The notes below the pieces were generated by a model, which did no database searches, was not told the origin of the DNA, and saw only the letters and a program-made list of their open reading frames with translations. Positions 55,525-64,000 of a DNA stretch of 64,000 nucleotides are shown here, piece by piece. The stretch's first letter is position 1, and each line of letters begins with the position of its first letter. Made by a program: the position numbers and the translations under genes. The stretch lies in NCBI RefSeq assembly GCF_009914755.1, contig NC_060935.1; one strand, written 5' to 3'. This DNA comes from the human T2T-CHM13v2.0 reference genome, Homo sapiens.

Positions 55525-58500
55525 TATATACATTTTTGTGGGTACATAGTAAGTGTATATATTTGCAGGTTACATAAGATACTTTGATACAGGCATGTAA
55601 TGTGTAATAATCACACTGTGGTAAATGGGGTATTTATCCTAATAAGCATTTATCCTTTGTGTTACAAACAAACCAGTTATAGTCTTTCAGTTATTTTAAA
55701 ATGTACAATTAAATTATTATTGACTATAGTCCCCCTGATGTGCTATCAAATACTAGGTCTTATTCATTCTTTCTAACCACTTTTTTTTTTTGTATCCATT
55801 GACCACCCCTACTTCTTTCCCCAGCCCCCACGACCCTTCCCAGACTTTAGTGACCATCGTTCTATTCTCTGCCTCCATGAGTTCAATTGTTTTTTATTTT
55901 TAGACCCAACAAATAAATGAGAACATATAAAGTTTGTCTTGCTGTGCTTGGCTTATTTCACTTAATGTAATGACTTCCAGTTCCACCCATGTTGCAATGA
56001 CAAGATCACATTCTTTTAATGGCTGAATAATACTCCATTGTGTATATGCAGCACATTTCCTTTATCCATTCATCTGTTGATGGACACTTAGGTTGCTTCC
56101 AAATCTTGGCTACTATGAACAGTGTTGCAACAAACATGGTGGTGCAGATATCCCTTCCCTATACTGATTTCCTTTCTTCTAGATATATACTTAGCAGTGG
56201 GATTGCTGGATCATATGGCAGCTCTATTTTTAGATTTTTGAGGAACCCCCAAACTGTTCTCCATAGTGGTAGTACTAATTGACATTCGCACTAACAGTAT
56301 ATAAGTGTTCTCTTTCCTCCACATCCTCGCCAGCATTTGTTATTACCTGTCTTTTGAATATAAGCCATTTTAACTGAGATGAGATTATATCTCATTGTAG
56401 TTTTGATTTGCATTTCTCTGATGATCAGTGATATTGAGCACCTTTTCCTATGCCTGCTTGCCATTGTATGCCTTCTTTTGAGAAATGTCTATTTATATTT
56501 TTTGCCCATTTTAATTATATTATTATATTTTTCCCTATAAAGTTGTTTGAGCTCTTTATATATTCCAGGTATTAATCTCTTGTAAGATTGGCAGTTTGCA
56601 AATATTTTCTCCCATTCTGTGGATTGTCTTTTCACTTTGTTGATTGTTTTCATTGCTGTGCAGAAGCTTTTAAACTTTATGTGATTCCATTTGTTCATTT
56701 TTGCTTTAGTTGTCTGTGCTTGTGGGTTATTACTCAATAAATTTTTGCCCAGAACAATGTCCTGGAGAGTTTTTCCAATGTTTTCTTGTAATAGTTTCAT
56801 ACCTTTAAGTCTTTCATCCATTTTGATTTGATCTTTATAGATGGCAAGAGCTAGAGATTGAGTTTCATTCTTCTGCATATGGATATCCAGTTTTCCCAGC
56901 ACCATTTATTGAAGAGATTGTCTTTTCCCCAATGTATGTTTTTGGCACCTTTGTTGAAAATGAGTTCGCTGTAGGTGTATACATTTATTTCTGGGTTCTC
57001 TACTCTGTTCCATTGGTCTATGTGTCTGTTTTTATGACAGTACCATGCTGTTTTGGTTACCATAGCTCTGTGGTTATAATTTCAAGTCAGGTAATGTGAT
57101 TCCTCCATTTTTGTTCTTTTTGCTTAGGATAACTTTGGCTATTCTGGGTATTTGGTGGTTCCATATAAATTTTAGTATTGTTTTTTCTATTTCTGTGAAG
57201 AATGTCATTGGTATTTTTGTAAAGATTGCATTGAATCTGTAGATTGCTTTTGGTACTATTGATGGCAGCAGTGGCCCATCTGGAGTGGCTGCTGCTAAGA
57301 TACTGGCTGCAGCAGAGGAGGCCTGGGCAGGGCTGTTTGCTCTGTGGGGCCCGTGGGAGCCAGGAATGGGTGGGAGCCCCACCCCCGTCCGAGTTGGTGG
57401 GGTGGGAGCCCCGTGCTCCCAGGTGCAGCTGTAGCTGCCCAGCTATGTCTGCTGACCCAGGCATCCTTGTGGTCTTGGGGACACAGAAAATCCTCCTACC
57501 CCAACAGGTTCAGAAGTGCCTGCTCCCACTGCCTGGGCTTTTCCCAATCCTGGTACCCACTCTGATTTCAGAGTAGAGTTGTGGCTGAGCCTGGGTGCTG
57601 TCACTACCTGGTTGGGTGTGCCTGCACTCAGGCCGGTACTGACACACAAATCCCCTACTACTGAAGCCTAGGGTAGCTGAGGGTGACTTGGCACAAGATT
57701 GCAGGTTCCCCTTGGCATGAACAGCCTGGGCATCATGAATGGTGGCAGGAGGCAGACAGGCTCCTGGGTGGAAATGGGCAGGTCCTTGGTGAAACTCCAC
57801 CTTTAAGCCAGGGATGGCCTGAAGCCTGGGGGCCAGGCTACTAGTTCTGTGGACCAGAGTGAGAACTTATTGTGCTTTTTCCAGGCCCACCCATGGCCAC
57901 CCATGGACCAGTCAGCTTGTACTTCCTCCCCTCTGAAGCCCACAAAAACTCTGGATTCAGTCAGACTCGGGCAGATGACAGGATGACCTGCTTGTGGAGA
58001 GGAGCTACCCACTCTGGATCTCCTCTCTGCTGAGGGCTGCACACTCATTGGGATGACCTGCCTGCACATAGAAGGTACTCACTTTGGCTCTCCTGAAATC
58101 TGTACTGTCACTCAGTAAAGCATCACTTCACCTTGCTCACCCTCTAGTAGTCCACATCTCTTATTTTTCCTGGACATGGGACAAGAACTCAGGACCTGCT
58201 AAATGGCAGGGCTGAAAGAGCTGTAACACAAACAGTGCTGGAACACACCTTCCCCTCGCTTGCCACATTGCAGGCAACAAGAAGGAGAAAAGAGAGAAGG
58301 ACAGAAGCACTGTGGCCCTTTGGGGAGCCCAGACATAGGAGCTCCCTGAGCCAGGGCTGTGAGACCCTCTTTGGGGTTCTGTGGTTCCTGGCATCTCCAA
58401 GCTTCTGGGTGCTGCCACATTTCCCAGTGACCACAGTGGAAGCCGCTTGCGGTATGTCTGGTCCAGTTGCAGCAGGGAGACAGTGCTTACGCTGGTGCCT

Positions 58501-61500
58501 GGAGCTGCCTGCCCCACTGCAGCCAGAGTGTCTGGCTGTGTGCAGTGGCCAGACCCTGTACTCGCTGCTCATGCAAGCCTCACCACACCATTCCTGGCTT
58601 ACCCTTGGCAGGCATGGTATCCAGGCTGGTAGTGAAAGCCCAGCGCAGTCTGCCAGGTCGAATGGGTGGAATGAGCCCAGTGGGCCCAAGCAAAACTTGG
58701 GCAAAGGTGCCACTGGCCACAGAGGTTTCCAGCTGGCAAAGCAACATCCTAAGGATCCTGTGACAATATAGACATTTTAACAACATTCATTCTTCCAATC
58801 AAGGAACATAAAATATCGTTCAATTTTTTGGCATCCTCTCTAATTTCTTCCATTAGTGTTTTCTAGTTTTCAGTACAGAGATCTTTCATTTTTTTGGTTA
58901 AGTTAATTCCTAGTTATTTAATTTTATGTGTGGCTATTATAAATGGGATTATTTTTAATTTCTTTTTCAGATTGTACACTGTGGGCATATAAAAATGCTA
59001 CTGAATTTTGTATGTTGATTTTGTATCCTGCAACTTTACTAAGTTTGTTTACAAGTTCTAATTTTTTTTGGTGGAGTCTTAAGGTTTTTCCAAATATAAG
59101 ATCATATCATCTGCAAACAAGGGTAATTTGACTTATTCCTTCCCAATTTGAATGCCTTTTACTTCTTTCTTTCTCTTGTCTGACTCCTCTAGCTAGGATT
59201 TCCAGTACTACACTGAATAATAGTGGTGAAAGTGGGCATCCTTGTTTGCTCCAGATCTTACAGAAAAGACTTTTAGTTTTTTTCCCATTCACTATGATAC
59301 TAGCTGATGGTCTGTCATATATGGCTTTTATTATATTGAAATATGATCCTTCTATACCCAGTTTTTTCAGTTTGTTTTAATCATGGCAGGATGTTGAATT
59401 TTATCAAATGCTTTTTCAGCATCAAATAAAATGATTATGTGGCTTTTGTCCTTCATCCTGTTGATATGATGTATCACACTGATTGATTTGCAAATGTTGA
59501 ACCATCCTTGCATCCATAAAATCAATCCCACTTGGTAATTATGATCTTTGTAATATATTATTGAATTCAGTTTGCTAGTATTTTGTTAAGAATTTTTGCA
59601 TTAATTTTTATCAGAGATGTTGGCCTGTAGTTTTCTTTTTTTGAACATGTCTTTGTCTGGTTTGGGTTTTAAGGTAATACTGGCCTCGTAGAATGAGTTT
59701 GGAAGTATGGAAGTATTCCCTCCTATTTTTCAAAACAATTTGAGTAGGATTAGCATTAGTTCTTCTTTACATGTTTGGTAGAATTCAGCAATGAAGCCAT
59801 CAGGTCCCAGGTCTCTGCTGGCAGACATTTTATTAATGGCTTTGATCTTGTCAATTGTTGTTGGTCTGTTTAGGTTTTGGATTTCCTCATGGCTCAACAT
59901 TGGTAGGTTTTATGTGTCTAGGAATATATCCATTTCCTCTAGGTTTTCCAATTTATTGCCTAAGAATTATAGTAGCCATAATAATCCTTTGAATTTCTGC
60001 ATTATCAACAATATGTCTCCTTTTTTAATATCTGATTTTATTTAGGTCTTCTGTCTTATTTCCTTTGTTAGTCTGGCTAAAGGTTTATTAATTTTATTCA
60101 TCATTTCAAAAAACAAACTTCATTTTATTGATCTTTTGTATTGTTTCTTTCATTTCAATTTCATTTATTTCTGCTCTGATGTTTATTATTTCTGCTCTGA
60201 TGTTTATTATTTCTTTTCTTCTACTAATTTGGGGTTTGGTTTTATCTTGCTTTTCTAGTTCTTTAAGATGCATTGTTAGATTGTTTATTTGAAGTTTTTT
60301 TTATGTAGGCACTTATAGCTGTAAAATTCCTTCCTAGTACTGTTTTGCTGCATCCCATAGGTTTTGCTATGTTGTGTTTCCATTATCATTTGTTTTAAGA
60401 AAATTTTCAATTTTCTTCTTAATTTCATCATTGACCCATCAGTCATTCAGGAGCACAGTGTTTAATTTCTATGTGGGTGTATAGTTTCTAAAATTTCTCT
60501 TGTTATTGATTTCTATTTTTATTCCATTTTGGTCAGAGAAGATGCTGGGTATTATTTCAATTTTTTGAATGTTTTAAAACTTGCTTTGTGACCTACCACA
60601 TGGTCTTTCTTTGAGAATGGTACATTTTCTGAGGAGATGAATGTGTATTTTGCAGCCAGTGGATAACATCATATGTAAAGATTAATTAGGTTCATTTTTT
60701 TCTATAGTGCAAATTAACTGTGATGTTTCTTTGTTGAATTACTGTCTGAGAGGTCTGTCCAGTGCTGAAGATGGGGTGCTGAAGTCTCCAGCTATTATTA
60801 TATTGATGTCTATCTCTCTGTTTAGCTCTAATAATATTTGCTTTATATATCTGGGTGCTACTGCATTGGATGCATATATATTTAAAATTGTTTTATTCTC
60901 TTGCTGAATTGAGCCCTTTATCATGTTATAATGACCTTCTTTGTCTCTTCTTACAGTTTTTCCTTGAAATACATTTTGTCTGATATATAAGTATAGCTAC
61001 TCCTGCTCTTTTCTTGGTTTCCATTGGCATGAACTATATTTCCATCCTTTATCTTTAGTCTATGTGTATCTTTATAGATGAAATATTTTTCTTGTAGGCA
61101 ACAGATCATTGGGTCTTGCTTTTTATTCGTCCAGCTACTTCATAGTTTTTTATTGATATTTTAGTCCATTTACATTCAATGTTATTATTGAGAAGTAAAG
61201 ACTTATGCTTGCCATTTTGTTATTTGTTTTCTGGTTGCTTTGTGGTCTTTTCCTTCTTCTCTTCCATCCTGCTTTCCTTTCAGTGAAGGTGATTTTCATT
61301 GGTGGTATATTTTCATTTCTTGCTTCTTATTTTTTGAATATCCATTGCATGATTTTTACTTGAGGTTACTGTGAGGCTTGCAAATACTATGATATATTTT
61401 AAGCAGATGACAAATTAACACTGATTGCATAAACAAACAAACAAAAGGAAACTAATAAAAACTCTACCCTGTAACTTTGTCTCCCACTTCTTAACTTTTT

Positions 61501-64000
61501 GTTGTTTCTCTTTGTCTTATTGTACCATGTCTTGAAAAGTTGATATAGTTATTATTTCTGATGGGTTTGTTGTGTAGTCTTTCTACTTAGGGTTTAGTTT
61601 ACACACCACAATTACATTGTCATAATATTCTGTGTTTTTCCGTGTGCTTACTCTTACTAGTGAGGTTTGTACTTTCAGATTATTTATTATTGTTCATTAA
61701 TGTTCTTTTCTTTCAGATTGAAGAACTCCCTTTAGTATTTCTCTCTCAGCTTTTGTTTTTCTGGGAAAGTCTTTATTTCTCTTTCATGCTTGAAGGATAT
61801 TTTTGCTGGATATACTATTCTAGGGTAAAACGTTTTTTGCTTCAGCGCTTTAAATATGCCATGCCACTCTCTCCTGGTCTGCAAGGTTTCCACTGAGAAG
61901 TCTGCTGCCAGATGTATTAGAGCTCCATTGTATAATTTTTTTTTTCTTGATGCTTTTAAGAACTTTTCTTTATCCTTGACCTTTGGGAGTTTGATTATTA
62001 AATGCCTTGAGGTAGTCTTCTTTGGGTTAAATCTGCTTGGTGTTCTATAACCTTCTTGTCCTTGAACCTTGTTACCTTTCTCTAGGTTTGGGAAGTTTTC
62101 TGACAGTATTACTTTGAATAAACGTTCTACACCTATATATTTTTGTACCTCCTCTTTAAGGCTAATAACTCTTAGATTTTCCCTTTTGAGTCAATTTTCT
62201 AGATCTTGTAGGTATACTTCATTCCTTTTTCTTTTGTTTCCTCTGACTGTGTATTTTCAAATAGCCTGTCTTCAAGCTCACTCATTCTTCTGTTTGATCA
62301 ACTCTTCTATTAAGAGACTGTGGTGCATTCTTCAGAATGTCAATTGCATTTTTCAACTCTAGAATTTCTACTTGATTTCTTTTTCATTATTCAATTTCAA
62401 TCTCTTTGTTAAATTTATTTGCTAGAATTTTGAATTTCTTATCCGTGTTATCTTGAATTTCTTTGAGTTTCCTCAAAACAGCTATTTTGAATACTCTTTC
62501 TGAAAGGTCACATAGCTCTCTTTCTCCAGAATTGCTCTTTGGTGCCTTATTTAGTTCATTTGGTAAGGTCTTATTTTCCTGTATAGTCTTGATGCTTGTG
62601 GATGTTTATCAGTTTCTGTGCATTGAAGAGTTAAGCATTCATTGTAGTCTTTACAGTCTGGGCTTATTTGTGCCCATCTTTCTTGGGAAGGCTTTCCAGC
62701 TATTCAGAGAGACTTGGTCCCCAAGCCCCAAATTGCTGTGGTTCTTGTAGACTTGTACAGGTACCGCCTTGGTGGTTTTGGATAAGAGCTGGAAGAATTC
62801 TCTGGATTATCAGGCAGAGACTCTTGTTCTCTTCCCTTACTTTCCCTCAAAGAAATGGAGTCTCTCTCTCTCTGTGCTAAGCCAACTGGGGCTGGGGTGA
62901 ACCTTTGTGACCTTTGTGACCACCACCACTGGGGCTGTGCTGAGTCAGACCTAAAGCCATCATAGCACTGAGTCGTGCCCAATGCCTGCTGTAATCACTA
63001 CCTGGCTATGGCCTATGTTCACTGAAGGCCTTCTTTGGGCCCTACAGTCAGCAAGTGAGGAAGCCAGCCAGGCTTATGTCCTTCCCTTCTGGCCCAGAGC
63101 AGGTCCAGAAATTCTGTCTAAGAGTCTAGGCCTGGACTCAGGAACCCCAAGAGCCTGCTTCATGCTCTACCCCACTGTGGCTGAGCTGTTATCTAAAGTT
63201 CAAGACAAAGTCTCCTTTACTTGCACTCTGCTTTTCTCAAGCAGAAGATCTTTCACCCTAGCCACCACAGCTGGGAATATACTGGGTCACACCTGTAGCC
63301 AGCATGTCTCAGAGTCTCAACCAAGGCCCATGGTGTACTACTTGGGTATTCTTATTCGTTACTCAGGGCCCAAAGCCTGTTTAGTCAGCAGGTGATTAAT
63401 TCTGTCAGGATTAGTTCTTCCCTTTAAGGCAGTGAGTTTCCTGCTGGCCCAGGTTGTGTCTAGAAATGTCTGTGAACTAGGGCCTGGAATAGGGGCCTGA
63501 CAACTCTGCCTGGTGCACTATCCTATTGTGGATGAGCTAGTATCAAAGACACAAGACAAATACCACTTTACTCTTCACTCTCCTCTCCTCAAGCAGAAGG
63601 AAGGAGTTACTATCATTGCTACAAGCTGCACTGCTTGGGTTTCACAAGCTTGGGTTTCACAAGTGGTGGCACAAGCAACACCCTTAGCTGCCCCAGCTGG
63701 TGTCTTCCTAGGTCACGTGCTGCCTTAGTCTACTGGCTGTAAGTCCAGCCTTAGCACTAGGCCTCGCCTAGAAATTGCGGTACTTGTGTCCTAGACTGCA
63801 TTTCAAGTTTACCTAGAACCCAAGAGCACTTTAGCCTGCAGTGGCAAGTTTTGCTGAAACTCAAGTTCCAACCACTGGGATGGGCAATTTCCCTCTGGCT
63901 GGGGCTGGTCCACATGCTCCTTCTGTGAGTGGGTGCCAGCTGAACCAAGCAAGGTTTTGCTCCCTGCTGTGACAGGGCAGCACTGAGTTCAATGCCAAGA
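55525..64000 (-). mobile_element. Long old L1 (L1MA-type): 3' UTR, ORF2, ORF1 and repeated 5' region running off the window; split by an LTR
   Basis: ORF2p fragments 56489..57063, 59107..59292, 60739..60924; antisense ORF1-like 61740-62500; duplicated 5' blocks ~63090-63250 and ~63445-63600. Confidence 0.85.
57260..58765 (+). mobile_element. MER52-type (ERV1) solo LTR nested in L1 ORF2
   Basis: tgatggcagcagtggcccatctggag ... ggatcctgtgaca termini, GC-rich; 4-bp near-TSD ctat/atat; L1 sequence resumes exactly on both sides. Confidence 0.85.

Noticed and set aside
57074-58786. Cluster of 100-180 aa overlapping ORFs
   Set aside because: They lie mostly in a GC-rich MER52-type LTR where stops are rare; no recognisable domains

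Overview
Human-type mammalian genomic DNA; nothing prokaryotic. Bases 1-~18,100 hold the 3' part of EHF (ETS homologous factor/ESE-3, 11p13) on the + strand: seven coding exons with GT-AG junctions (PNT domain, linker, ETS domain, stop at 13746-13748) and a ~4.35 kb 3' UTR. The ATG exon lies upstream of the window. The remaining ~46 kb is repeat-dense intergenic DNA downstream of EHF (Alu, FAM, MIR, L2, old and young L1, MaLR/ERV LTRs, DNA-transposon fossils, microsatellites, an AT-rich minisatellite). I see no new protein-coding system. The most unusual object is a young L1PA2-like insertion (42699-48874, minus strand). It has a ~270 bp 3' transduction inside a perfect target-site duplication, an internal ~0.6 kb deletion replaced by a 471 bp inverted copy of its own ORF2, and an intact antisense ORF0. 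Other oddities are an apparently L1-retrotransposed polyadenylated LTR8 3' end, a templated-insertion scar in a THE1 LTR, a Tc1/mariner transposase fossil, modular phase-1 EHF exons with a NAGNAG acceptor, and candidate epithelial enhancers. Repeat subfamily names come from remembered consensus sequences and old-repeat boundaries are approximate.
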